From positions 14,942,001 to 15,006,000 of the forward strand of contig JBHGNT010000015.1 of NCBI GenBank assembly GCA_043228905.1: a DNA stretch of 64,000 bases, in the 5' to 3' direction. The position numbers and the translations under genes were made by a program. The first letter of the stretch is position 1; every line of letters begins with the position of its first letter. The notes under the pieces are model-generated. The model was not told the origin of the DNA, made no database searches, and saw only the letters and a list, made by a program, of their open reading frames with translations. Origin of the DNA: Azolla caroliniana. Taxonomy: Eukaryota; Plantae; Polypodiophyta. Below are positions 10,856-23,400 of the stretch, one piece after another.

Positions 10856-12088
10856 ATGTGTTTCAGAAGACATTGTAGAGTCTATGAAGTGATCCCTAGA
10901 CTTAGTGAAAGGTGTAGAGAGCTTAGACAAACTTGTTGCAAAGAGGGCAGCCCACACATGGTTGTGAATAGTGCGAGAGAAAAAAAATATAGTGATACTA
11001 AAGTTGCCTTAGCCCTGGGTATTCAAAGAAGGAACTTGAGGAAACATCGCCGAAATATACACTCAAGCCAATTCAATTGGCTGGGGTTGGGACGTAGACG
11101 ACGATGTGATGCCTTATCTTAAGAGATTATTGAGAAAGTGGATTCATTTTGGGCGAAAAATACGCGTGTCTCACCAAATAAGAAGGACATGTGTAGACAA
11201 CGAATAAGTCAAGGTAAGTACCAGATTCACCCTAGACACTTCTTGGAGATGACAGAGGTATTCCATTTTTTATATCAATTCACATTCCATAAATTTGTGT
11301 TTTGACCAAGTGTATATTAATGTTTGCTATATATATTGGTTGATGTAGGCTGAATTGTGCATTAACTTTAAAGACCAACATCCAAGCTTGACTGTTGGAT
11401 TCCGCAAGTTCCAAGGTTTGAAACCATTTTATGTTAGAAAATTAAATGAGAGGAATACATGTTGTTGTGTGTACTATGTGACGATGGACATGTTAAGGCT
11501 AGGAGTGAATGCAATGCGTACTGATTCTAAGGGTATACACGGGGAATTATATGTTTGCACTTGTGAGGTTTGTAGACCAAATGGGGAGGATAATAGGTGT
11601 AATGCACGAAACATGACTTATGCATCTGTTTCTGAGCTATGGAGGTCTTGTGTTTGTGAAAAAGAACCATGATGTGAGTGGCATCGTCGTACATGTCTAT
11701 TAAGAACATGTAAGGTTTGTCCGCTACCATTATTTTGTAGGTAGGAGCTTAATTTGGGAAACAGTCATATCGTGAAATGGAAATATTTAGAGTATGTGAC
11801 TGAAAATATTGGCAAGGGACTAGTAACTAAGCATATCAAGGAAGTATATAAGGAGACATGTGTTGCTACCCTTGTCTCAAAATTTAAGAAACAACTTGGG
11901 GAGTTCATTCCATATAACTTCCGGAGTTATTGGCAAAATTCACAGTTCAAGGAATGTATTAATAACTTACCAACGGGTGTCATCGTATCCGTTATTGACT
12001 TTGCAAAAATTATACATTTAAAGTTCAAAATGAGGTTCAATCAATGCATTGGTACAATGATCAATGTACAATACTTGTACATATTTGC
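10856..12088 (+). pseudogene. Sola2-like DDD transposase, N-terminal part with a 91-bp intron (11258-11348)
   Basis: TRVSPNKKD, LKPFYVRK...TCCCVYY, Cys-rich region, SVIDFAK, then (frameshifted) NYTFKVQNEVQSMHWYNDQCTILVH. The GT..AG splice restores frame (EMTE|AELC). Several stops. Confidence 0.7.
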
Positions 12089-12221
12089 TAAAACTATCTT
12101 AAACCCTTTCTTGCTGAAGCTAGTGGGTGCTATGAGTCCTTCCGGTCCAGAACCCCGGCGGTTCCGCCTCGCGATGCGCACATAAAGACGGATCCTCACG
12201 ACAACGTCGAAAGGCACGACA

Positions 12222-12871
12222 CCGATCTAATTCTTCGTTCCAGACTGCAATCCGGATCCGGTTGAGCTTGTCCGCTCAATACTACCCCTCAAGCTGAACT
12301 TGATGTCTAATCGCGGTGTCATTGTTTGTGTCTGTCGGTTGTAGCGTCCAGCTCGACCTGGCGTCTTTCTACTTGGGTCGCACTCCTTGTCTGGTTCGGT
12401 TCTGCTTCTAGTGACCTATTGGATTCCGCGCTCAACCTTTTTGGTCAGCTTGTCTTCTCATAAGGCCCTTCTCAACTCCTTCATTGTTTTTACTTTGGTG
12501 CTCCTCGACCCGTGTATCCCTCCGTGTCGGGGTCGACTTCCGCTGCCTCCTCATTTGTTTGGCCTTCTATTGATTCGGCTCCTCTGAATCGACTGCATCT
12601 GATTCATTCTAACTCTTCTCCGAATTGACAATCTCCAATTCGTATTCAACCTTCAGGCCCTTCACCACGTCGGACCACGTCCGCGTCTTGGCCTTCTCCT
12701 TCCCGTCAGCTCGGTTCTTCTTGACTCTACCGCCGTCGCCGCTTGTTCCAACTTGTTCGGATTTACTGACATCTCTAGTCAACTCGACTTCCTTTTTCTT
12801 CTTGTCTCTTCCTGCTTCGGTTGATTCCGGCTTCGGCTCTCCGTTGCGGTGGCTCGCCCAATGTCCCTCCC
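12222..12871 (-). mobile_element. Copia 3'-end remnant (pol tail, PPT, start of 3' LTR), related to 34421-40665
   Basis: ...CTCAATA CTACCCCTCAAGCT matches the LTR/PPT junction at 34780-34800. Confidence 0.75.
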
Positions 12872-14380
12872 TAGTTGTAAAGAGCCTTAGTACGAAACTA
12901 ACACACATCCTTCACTCCGTAGCAATTAGCAATTTCCCATATACGAAACACTCCAATCAAGGTAGATTATGATCTATGCCACAAAATAGATGGTATGATG
13001 AGGATTGTAGGAACTTACATAGACAACATAAAATATCGCAACACAGTGGTAGTATTACCTCAGTACAAGCTCGCAAAGAAATGCGCAAGATGACATGTCG
13101 TAAGAGATGACCATGGGAGGCATCCCAATATTGGGAACTCTAGCATATGCTCATGAGTAGCAATTGTGGCACTGCATGGAAGAAATTATGGGAACCAAGA
13201 CCACAAACACCCATCGAAAATCCCAAAACATGCCACACATATACAGAGAGACTTTACCAAATCCCAAACCAACCACCCATTTCAATGCCTTCTAAACCCA
13301 GACCTACCGTCGGGACAGTTTTCACGACCTCTATGGTCGCGAAGGTCAGAACGAAATTACAACATAGGAAGTCCATGGACCACATCATATATGGGAGAGA
13401 GTGTCTAGCTCCCTTCCTAACTCTAATCTTTAATAGTGCCCTCGCGGAGGGTTTTCCACTACAATGGACGATGAACATAGTGGGCCCCATACATAAAGGG
13501 GGGGGGACCCCATGGACCGAAATACATATAGGACCTTTATGATAGGTCATACCCGTGCTAAATTATATGGTGCAGTAATAGAGGGAGAGCTTAGGGATTA
13601 TATGGAGACCTTAAAGCTTCGCGTAGCTAAACAGATTGGTTTTAGACGATCATATCTTCCCACTTAAATGCTTAATTAACCAGAGTAAGGCTCGCAAGAA
13701 GAAGTTATATTGTTGTTTTGTGGACTTCCGAAAAGACTTTCACACAGTCCTTAGAGAGTCGTTGTTGGATAGGCTAAAAAGCTTGAGGATACCAGATGAC
13801 ATGGTTTGGGCCATCTATGTACTATATCAACAAGTGTTCGAGTGTGTTCAATGCCCAAGTGGCCTATCCAATTGTTTCACTAGCACTATTGGTGTAAAAC
13901 AAGGTTGCCCCTATCTCCGACTGTTTTTGGGATCTATGTTGTTCGTAAGGGAGGCAACGGAGTAGCCCTTGAGGATATGCAGGTTTGTATCTTGCTCTAT
14001 GCAGACGACATAGTTTTGCTCATTGAATCGGAGCAAGACCTACAAAGGCACCTTAATGCCTTAGATGACGTCATTATCTAGGCATTGGTAGTGAATCTAG
14101 GCATAACTAAAGTCATTATCTTCCACACATCGGCTGAAGTTAAAGCTAAGTGTCACCTAACTATCTACCATAGCCCAGTTGAGGTGGTTGGATCATATCT
14201 CTCTCTCGGAGTCACTTTCAGTGACAGCTCAAGTAAATTTTGATGACACAAGCAGCGAAGGAAATACTTAGGAGAGGACATGCATCCCTCTCACTCCTCG
14301 AGAGACAATACCATCAAGCTTACTTTCAAAAGACACGGACTAAAGGGTCTATGGCTCTTTGACTCATTAGGGACACTAAT
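12872..14380 (+). pseudogene. Non-LTR (LINE, RTE/RTEX-like) reverse transcriptase fragment
   Basis: LYCCFVDFRK, GVKQGCP, LLYADDIVL motifs across frameshifts. Confidence 0.88.
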
Positions 14381-14479
14381 GTTTAATATACCAAATTATT
14401 TGAACCTCAATTTGTTGGACTATCTTTTGTAAGTAGCAATATTCAAGACTTTTCTATGTGGTGCTTCTAATAAGAAGGT

Positions 14480-14550
14480 GGTTTCGTAGCTCAGTTAGTT
14501 AGGCCATCTGTTTAGTAAGCAGGTTTTGAATTCAACTCTCAATTAAAGCA
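14480..14550 (+). pseudogene. tRNA-Thr(AGT) pseudogene
   Basis: Degenerate copy of the 63362 gene, with a 3-nt deletion and D-arm changes. Confidence 0.75.
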
Positions 14551-15612
14551 AGCCAAAGTCATGTTTGTCCCTCATTTAATTTGACGTGTTTTTTTAGTGT
14601 ATTATATATCCATCGTATTTCAATCTTAAAATACAACTAGTAGTGAAATACTTAAAATAGAACTTGTTGTCCTTATTTGTGAATCCAATTTTGCTAAACC
14701 ATTACGGTGTTATAATTAGTTGAGCTGGAACACTTCTATAGATCAGTCGTTCTGCTTTAGGAACATAAATATATTAGAAAACAATCATGATATTTTCATT
14801 TCATTTTTATGTAGTTCGTATTTTTAGGTTCAAGTAGATGGTTGAATATCTAATATTCACATCTCGCGCCAACAAACGCTTGACCAGCTCATCTTATGGT
14901 TAATAGCCATACCCTCTAGCTATTGTGTCACTACAATTTTTTAAACTATAACACTTATGTATATCAATTGATTTTTACGTCCTCATGAAGTTTTTGCTGA
15001 GGATTTAGAGCAAGGTATACCCGTTTTTCTTAATTGGTGTGTGTATCTTGTTACCTAACTTCAAATGAAATACATGCGATAACATGATTTGTATTCTCAT
15101 CTTGCTTTAATAACATATGTAGATTATAAAATAATCAACATATATTCATGTGGTTTTTTAGGTATTTAATATTTATAGGTTCAAGTACATGGATTAATAT
15201 CTAAACTTCACATGTCGCCTATGGAAGGGCTTGAACCTCCGACCTTAAGGTTAACAACAATAAGCTCTACAGAACTGAGCTATTGAAGCACATCAATTTT
15301 GTATAATATTAGGTACCCCATTACCTTCTAGATCTTAATTGTCGTCTCAAGCAATTAAAATGTGGAAGATATGTAGTTCATAGGTATTTCATATTTATAG
15401 GTTCAAGTACATGGGATTAATTAAATTGGCTTTTTAAGTATTTCATATTTATAGGTTCTAGATCTCAATTGGTCGTCTCAAGCAATTAAAATGCGGAAGA
15501 TATGTAGTTCATATTTATAGGTTCAAGTACATGGGATTAATTAAATTGGTTTTTTAGGTATTTCATATTTATAGGTTCAAGTACACGGGATTAATATCAA
15601 AACCAAACATCT

Positions 15613-15686
15613 CGCTCCAAGGAGGGTTTGAACCTCCGACCTTATGGTTAACAGCCATACGCTCTAGCCAACTGAGCTATTGAAGC
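15613..15686 (-). tRNA. tRNA-Asn(GTT)
   Basis: All four stems pair; T-loop TTCAAAC. Confidence 0.8.
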
Positions 15687-16206
15687 ACATGGACTTTGTA
15701 TAATATTAGGTACCCCATTACCTTCTAGATCTCAATTGGTCGTCTCAAGCAATTAAAATGCAGAAGATATGTAGTTTATACGTATTTCATATTTATAGGT
15801 TCAAGTACATGGGACTAATTAAATTGGTTTTTTAGGTATTTCATATTTATAGGTTCAAGTACACGGGATTAATATCTAAACTTGACATATCGCTCTAAGG
15901 AGGGCTTCAACCTCTGACCTTATGGTTAACAGCCATATGCTCTAGCCAACTGATCTATTGAAGCACATAGATTTTGTATAATATTAGGAACCCCATTACC
16001 TTCTAGATGTCAATTGGTTGTCTCAAGCAATTAAAATGCAGAAGATATGTAGTTTATACATATTTCATATTTATAGGTGAAGATATGTAGTTTATACATA
16101 TTTCATATTTATAGGTTCAAGTACATGAGATTAATTAAATTGGTTTTTTAGTTATTTCATATTTATAGGTTCAAGTACACGGGATTAATATCTAAACTTG
16201 ACATGT

Positions 16207-16280
16207 CGCTCCAAGGAGGGCTTGAACCTCCGACCTTATGGTTAACAGCCATATGCTCTAGCAAACTGAGCTATTGAAGC
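16207..16280 (-). tRNA. tRNA-Asn(GTT), D-loop variant, possibly a pseudogene
   Basis: Stems pair, but D-loop GG is changed to TG. Confidence 0.55.
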
Positions 16281-16719
16281 AGATCAATTTTGTATAATAT
16301 TAGGTACCCCATTACCTTGTAGATCTCAATTGTCGTCTCAAGCAATTAAAATGTGGAAGATATGTAGTTCATAGGTATTTCATATTTATAGGTTCAAGTA
16401 CATGGGATTAATTAAATTGGCTTTTTAGGTATTTCATATTTATAGGTTCTAGATCTCAATTGGTCGTCTCAAGCAATTAAAATGCGGGAGATATGTAGTT
16501 CATAGGTATTTCATATTTATAGGTTCAAGTACATGGGATTAATTAAATTGGTTTTTTAGGTATTTCATATTTTATAGGCAATTAAAATGCAGAAGATATG
16601 TAGTTTATACGTATTTCATATTTATAGGTTCAAGTACATGGGATTAATTAAATTGGTTTTTTAGGTATTTCATATTTATAGGTTCAAGTACACAGGATTA
16701 ATATCTAAACTTGACATGT

Positions 16720-16793
16720 CGCTCGAAGGAGGGCTTGAACCTCCGACCTTATGGTTAACAGCCATACGCTCTAGCCAACTGAGCTATTGAAGC
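16720..16793 (-). tRNA. tRNA-Asn(GTT), one acceptor-stem mismatch
   Basis: C5-C68 mismatch, otherwise consensus. Confidence 0.55.
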
Positions 16794-16853
16794 ACATGGA
16801 TTTTGTATAATATTAGGTACCCCATTACCTTCTAGATCTCAATTGTCGTCTCA

Positions 16854-17800
16854 ATCTTTTAATCCATGTGAAGTGTTCTCCATAGACACATTGTACTATG
16901 TTGTATGTTGTATCTATACTAAATCAGTATTTACTGAAGGATGTAAAGTAGTCATCTTGTACTCATAGTATTGTCCGTCCTTAAGAGAATTGTACTAATT
17001 ATCTTTTAATCCATGTTGAGGGTTTTCCATGGAGACTGTATTGTACTGTGTGTTGTATCTATACTAAATCAGTAATTATTGAAGGATGTAAAGTACATGT
17101 CTTTTACTCATAGTATTGTCCTAGATTGAAGAGTTTGTACTAATTATGTATTAATCAATGTTGAGTGTTCTCCATGAACACACTGTATTGTACTTGTTGT
17201 TGTATATTACTAAATCAGTAATTATCGGAAGATGTAAAGTACATGTCTTGTACTCATAGTATTGTCTTATATTGAAGAGTTTGTACTAATTATCTATTAA
17301 TCAATGCTGAGTGCTCTCCATGAACACACTGTATTGTACTATGTGTTGTATCTATACTAAATCAGTGTTTATTGGGGGATGTAAAGTATATGTGTTGTAG
17401 TACTAATTATCTTCTAAGGAGGGTTGTGTTCTCCGTGGACACATTGTACTGTATTGTGTATTGTGTATTGTATCTGTACTAAATCAGTATTAATGAATGT
17501 AAAGTACTCATCGTCACCAACATAGTACTCTCCAATATTGAAGAGTTTGTACTATTTATCTGTTAATTCATGTAGAGTGCTTTCCATGAATTCATTGTAC
17601 TATGCTTTGTGTTGTATCCATACTAAATTTGTATTAATAGATGCCAAGTTCACATGGTTGACAACATAGTACTATTTATCTTTTAATAAGTGTAGAGTGT
17701 TCTTAATGGATACATTGTGCTATGCTTTGTTTTGTATTTGTACTAAATCAATATTAATGGATGTGTAGTACTCTCGATTGACAACATAGTACTAATTTTG
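16854..17800. repeat. Degenerate ~120-147-bp AT-rich tandem repeat, about 7 copies, probably within a transposase intron
   Basis: CTAAATCAGTA-like anchor recurs near 16919, 17066, 17210, 17357, 17479, 17623 and 17743. Confidence 0.8.
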
Positions 17801-17825
17801 TTGGAAACCTGAGATACAAAAGCAG

Positions 17826-18711
17826 GTATTTCTCCTTATTCAACATTTGTATGCAATGTAACTACTTCGGGTCTGGACATGGAAAAGGAGAGCATGATGG
17901 CGCGGGGGCTGTGATCAAACGTGCCCTTACAAGTGAGCAGTTGGATAATAATGGTGCTAAGTTACAAAATGCACATGATGTTGTGCAATGGCTAACATGG
18001 AAGATGTCAAATGATGGTAAAAACAGATTGTTTGTTGAAGTTCGCGTTGATGAGGTTGATAGAACTAAATCATATGGTTGTAAAAACTTGAAAGGCACAC
18101 GCAGCACCCATTGTGTATTAGGGTTCAGCCACAAGGACACAACACAATTGTTACTCCGTACTTTATCATGCTTTTGTTCCATGTGTATAGATGAAGCTTG
18201 GGATAAAAGCATCAACCTATCAATTGTCGAGCTCTAGAAGCTACAGAAGCTTGAGCTTGAACGACAAGATGATATTGAAGAGGATGCGCATTCAAACGAT
18301 ATTGTATACTACAACCAACATCAAGACTTGGCAATTTTATTGGAAGTTGGAGATCATTTTGCAATGCTCAAATCTCCGCAGAATGAAGATTTAGAAGACT
18401 ACTACATTGTGGTGTGCAAGCAAGGCAAGACATTATTGAAAGAAGTGGTGAGGGATGGCTGGGGCAACAATTTCAACCTTGGTGAGTCTGTCGTGTATGG
18501 AAACTATTATGCAAAGTTGTCGCAGTGCAAGAACACATATGCATTACTAAAAGAAGCATTGATCGCAATAATCTACGCTGATGCCATTCTTGCGATCAAA
18601 TTCAATATGACTCAAGCAAATCACAAGGTTAAGGGATACAACACTGTCTACAAGGTCCCCCAAGAGGTTCATGAGCACATATTAGGGGAGGTCTCTCTAT
18701 TTCATGCTTGA
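17826..18711 (+). pseudogene. Sola2-like transposase, C-terminal part
   Basis: YFGSGHGKGEHDGAGAVIKR (HGKG-x2-DG-x-G-x3-KR catalytic motif), GTRSTHC, RTLSCFCSMC. An in-frame TAG at 18235-18237, after which the same frame continues to 18711. Confidence 0.75.
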
Positions 18712-19645
18712 AAGTCACCCTATCAATTCATTGTACCAGAAAACTAAAAAACATCCACTTGTAGTTCACTATTTGATGTATTGATATATTAATTTTGATG
18801 ATTGACAAATGAATTGATATATTTCATCTTTCTTCTATGATGTATTATGAATCGATATATTTGATGTATTGAGACTATTTATTGAGCTTGTATTGTAAGT
18901 GTTTATGGTAATTATAGAGTTGCTTGTTTCCATGGTTTAAGGTGTGAAGTCTTCAATACTTTTGTATTGTCAGTGTTTATGGTAATTATAGAGTTGCTTG
19001 TTTCTATGGTTTAAGGTGTGAAGTCTTGAATACTTAGTAGCCTAAATATGGCCCAAACTTATTCAACTATCAAGTCTCTATTGTGTGCACTCAAGTCATT
19101 ATTCAACTCTATTGTGCACTCAAGGAGACCATACTTGGCAAGTATCAATATACATATTAGTACTAACGCAAGTATCAATATACATATTAGTACTAATGCA
19201 AGTATCAATATACATGTTAGTTTAGTACTAATGTCAATTGCAAGTATGTCAATTGCAAGTATTAAGTAATACATAGTAGTCTCCCAAAGTATCTCAGTTA
19301 GATGGATACATACATCTGATGTAAAGTTCGGTTGCATGGCAATATATACCAATCTTCTAAATCATCATCTGGTATAACAAACTGTATATAACATCTCTGT
19401 TAACAATATAGAATTTTATTTGTAATCAACACAATCATGGTTGCATGGGAGTGTACCTGGGAGTGTGATAAATTCGTACCTCCCTCACCAAAGATCATTT
19501 CAGAATTAGCAATATAGAAAGTCAGATTACACTACAACACTAGATGAGTGATCTGATCTTGACAGCATTTCAAAGTTAACAATAGAATACATTTTCATTC
19601 TCTTCAATTGGCAATATAGAATTTCACACTAGTATAACTACTGGA

Positions 19646-20428
19646 TTTTGGTATACCAAATAGTTCAATTTCAGACATCACTAATAGTTCAGCTAAAGTT
19701 CAAGTACAATTGAAAGACAATCGAAAGACACTGGTATAACTATTTCAGATAAATGAGACAGTATTTTGGTATACCAAATAGTTCAATTTCAGACATCACT
19801 AACAGTTCAGCTAAAGTTCAAGTACAATTGAAAGACAATTGAAAGACACTGGTATAACTATTTCAGATAAATGAGACAGTATTTTGGTATACCAAATAGT
19901 TCAATTTCAGACATCACTAACAGTTCAGCTAAAGTTCAAGTACAATTGAAAGACAATCGAAAGACACTGGTATAACTATTTCAGATAAATGAGACAGTAT
20001 TTTGGTATACCAAATAGTTCAATTTCAGACATCACTAACAGTTCAGCTAAAGTTCAAGTACAATTGAAAGACAATCGAAAGACACTGGTATAACTATTTC
20101 AGATAAATGAGACAGTATTTTGGTATACCAAATAGTTCAATTTCAGACATCACTAACAGTTCAGCTAAAGTTCAAGTACAATTGAAAGACAATCGAAAGA
20201 CACTGGTATAACTATTTCAGATAAATGAGACTGTATTTTGGTATACCAAATAGTTCAATTTCAGACATCACTAACAGTTCAGCTAAAGTTCAAGTACAAT
20301 TGAAAGACAATCGAAAGACACTGGTATAACTATTTCAGATAAATGAGACTGTATTTTGGTATACCAAATAGTTCAATTTCAGACATCACTAACAGTTCAG
20401 CTAAAGTTCAAGTACAATCGAAAGACAA
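19646..20428. repeat. 118-bp tandem repeat, about 6.6 near-identical copies
   Basis: TTTTGGTATACCAAATAG... starts at 19646, 19764, 19882, 20000, 20118, 20236 and 20354. Confidence 0.97.
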
Positions 20429-23400
20429 TAAGACACTAGAGGGCAATTTGGTTGATCTTGTAATGCGCTTGTTGTTGGTGCCAGTTTTTTCTGATTTTAC
20501 ATTCTTCTTTATCTTAAAGCCTTTAGGTATCAGTTGACTAAGTGGCACTTCATCATCAGAGGCATCAGAGAAAGGCGTGGATGCACGAGCACCTTGTACT
20601 AGTGGCAAGCTTGAGAGAGCAACTGTGTTTTCTGCAACTGCAATGCTTGTACACACATCCACAAAGGTACTGTCGATAGAAAATTTATCACTCATCTCCT
20701 GAATGTGGATTGTTTTAGTACTCATGTTGTTGCTAGTATGCTCAGTCTCAGTACAATTAGGCTCATGTATGTGGGCTACAGTAATACTCTTGGCGAACTC
20801 TTGGCTGGTGATAGTCACCTCATTCTTAAGACCATTGTGCTCTCCTTCTTGGGTCAACTCCTCTTGTACGATGGTTGTCACCTCATTTTTAAGAGAACCG
20901 TGCTCCCCTTCTTGGGTGGTCTTTATTGCCTGGTCCTCATGGGTGATGCTAGTAGGCTCCCCTTCATTAGTAACGATGTTCTTTCCACAATCCTCATGGG
21001 ATTCTTTAGACACTACTAGCACATTCTCAGTACAATCAGGCTCCTCTTCAGTACTAGCGATGTTCTTTCCACACTCCTCATGGAAATCTTTAGACACTAC
21101 AGATACATTCTCAGTACAATCAGTCTTCTCTTCAGTACTTGCCATATTCTTTCCACACTCCTCATGGGCTTCTTTAGACAAATTGTTGTTTGTACATGCC
21201 AGCTGCTCTTCAAATATGAATGCTTCGTTTTTCTCACAGTCCTCATGTGTGGAAGATGGGCTTCCAGAGTCTGCCTCCGTGCAAAGGTTAATTCCAAAAT
21301 CTGACTCTGCACTTGTGCTCCATATAGTTCCCGATTCATTTGATTGCAATTGGGAATCAGACTGCTCTTGTAAACCTAAATAATGGGATTCCAAAGAATA
21401 TTAGTATCAACTCACATACTCAAAAGTTTGCAAACATACCAACAACAATGAACATAGGGTTAAGAGCCACATTTTTACCTATTGTTACATCGTCATACTG
21501 TACAGCCGTAAATACCCCATTGCAAGTGGTAGGCTGGGTCATCTTCTCCACAACATCTAAGTGCTCAACAGGGTTCTTATGATCTATAGAATGCACCAAA
21601 AGGAACACTATCATAGGGTTGTTATGATCTAAATCATTGTTTTCAAAAACTGGCTTTTGACATGTACCTGGTAGTGTGATAAATTCGTGTTCACGATCAG
21701 GTTTTGGACTTGTATCTCCCTCACCAAAGATCATTTCGTCATCAGCTAGTAACACAAGTACATGGTATTAGACAATGCATTAGGTTGACAACTCTCCGGA
21801 CAGGTGAGAACATATATGACTCACCATTGCATTCAACTTTGCCTTTCTTGCCCTTTCCATACAACATTCTTGCAACATTCCTCTTCTTAGTTGGCTCTAT
21901 TTCTAAAGAAATTAGGCATTCAACACTTTCTCAAATGAGAATTAAGATATGTTGGCAAAATTTGTGTTACCTGGATTGTTTTGATGTTGACCGGAGCTTG
22001 GGGAATTTGTTTGTAGAAGCATATGTTCCACTGCTTCAATGGCCCTTCTCATACATTCATCTTCATCATAAAAGTCATAGGTTATTGGTAATGATGGTCC
22101 CTGAACCTTGGAATGTTCAGCAGATACCGAGGGTTTAGGCACAGGGCTGGTTGTTCCATTACCTTCCCTGGTGTGGAGTTGCTTGACACTACAACATTCA
22201 TTACAAGAAACCAAAAAACCTTCAAGGTTAGTACCGTGATATAAAATATACAATGTAGGTCACAAGAGCTGCATTACTAATTCATTAAGCTACACCTAGT
22301 TCCCATATTACACAACTAGTACTAATCATGAACAATGTACTACTCAGTTCCCAATTTAAACAAGCAGTACTAATCATGAACAATGTACTACTAACTTAGT
22401 CAAATTACACAAGGAGTACTAATCATGAACAATGTACCACTCACTTAGTTGCCAAATTACACAAATAGTACTAATCATGAACAATATACTACTCACTTAG
22501 TTCCTAAATTACTGAACTAGTACTAATAAGGAACAGAAGTAGTACTAATAATGAACAATGTATTGCTCATTTAGTTCCCAATTTACACAAGTAGTACTAA
22601 TCATGCACAATGCACTACTCAGTTCCCAAATTACACAAGGAGTACTAATCCTGAACAATGTACTACTCACTTAGTTCCCAAATTACAAAACTAGTACTAA
22701 TCATGAGCAATGTACTACTCACTTAGTTCCCAATTTACAAAACTAGTACTAATCATGAGCAATGTACTACTCACTTAGTTCCCAATTTACAAAACTAGTA
22801 CTAATCATGAACAATGTACTACTCGCTAAGTACTAATCGTCATCAATGCAGTACAAGTATAGTGTGTACTAACACTAGTACTAGGCACGTTGTAATATAG
22901 ATTGGACTAACATCTAATCCAAGAAATGTAGATTGGATTTTAGTACTAACGTGGTATTTTGCACACAAGTAATACTAAATGTAATATGTGTTCTACACAC
23001 CTAATTACATAACTTGTACTAATTACACCAACAGTATTAATCTTGAACAGTATTAGTACTAAACGTGATATGTGTTTGACACACCTCATTTCCAAATTAC
23101 ACAAACTGTACTAATATTTAACAATTTACTATACACCTTGTTCCCAAATTACATAACTAGTACTAATTCCCAAGTTAGACAAACAATACTAACAATCAAC
23201 AGTGTACTACAAGTATAGTGTCTACTAAACTAGTAGTAGGAAAGTTGCAATATAGATTGGACAATGTTGTACTTGGTTCCCTTTTAGTACTAATTCTGGA
23301 AAATATCCCTTCAACTACACATACCAATTATATATTAAGAGTACTGCCAATACTAACCCACATAATTAGGGTTCCACATATTAGTTGTTAGAGATACACT

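Larger units (their letters stand above)
12091..16853 (+). repeat. 4.8-kb segmental duplicate of the region starting at 28410 (Gypsy LTR end, Copia remnant, LINE fragment, tRNA-Thr, tRNA-Asn units)
   Basis: Colinear high identity at an initial offset of 16319 bp; the ORF track gives near-identical peptides (12625 vs 28944, 13147 vs 29466, 13636 vs 29957). Confidence 0.95.
14860..16853 (-). repeat. Small tRNA-Asn tandem array (copies near 14863, 15216, 15613, 15891, 16207, 16720)
   Basis: Same units and spacer subrepeats as the main array. Confidence 0.92.

Noticed and set aside
19646-20428. CRISPR-like palindromic repeat
   Set aside because: Whole 118-bp units are near-identical, with no unique spacers.
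20703-21383. 226-aa hydrophobic + strand ORF (also 19059-19352 and 24647-24841)
   Set aside because: Antisense or minisatellite translations of low-complexity sequence.
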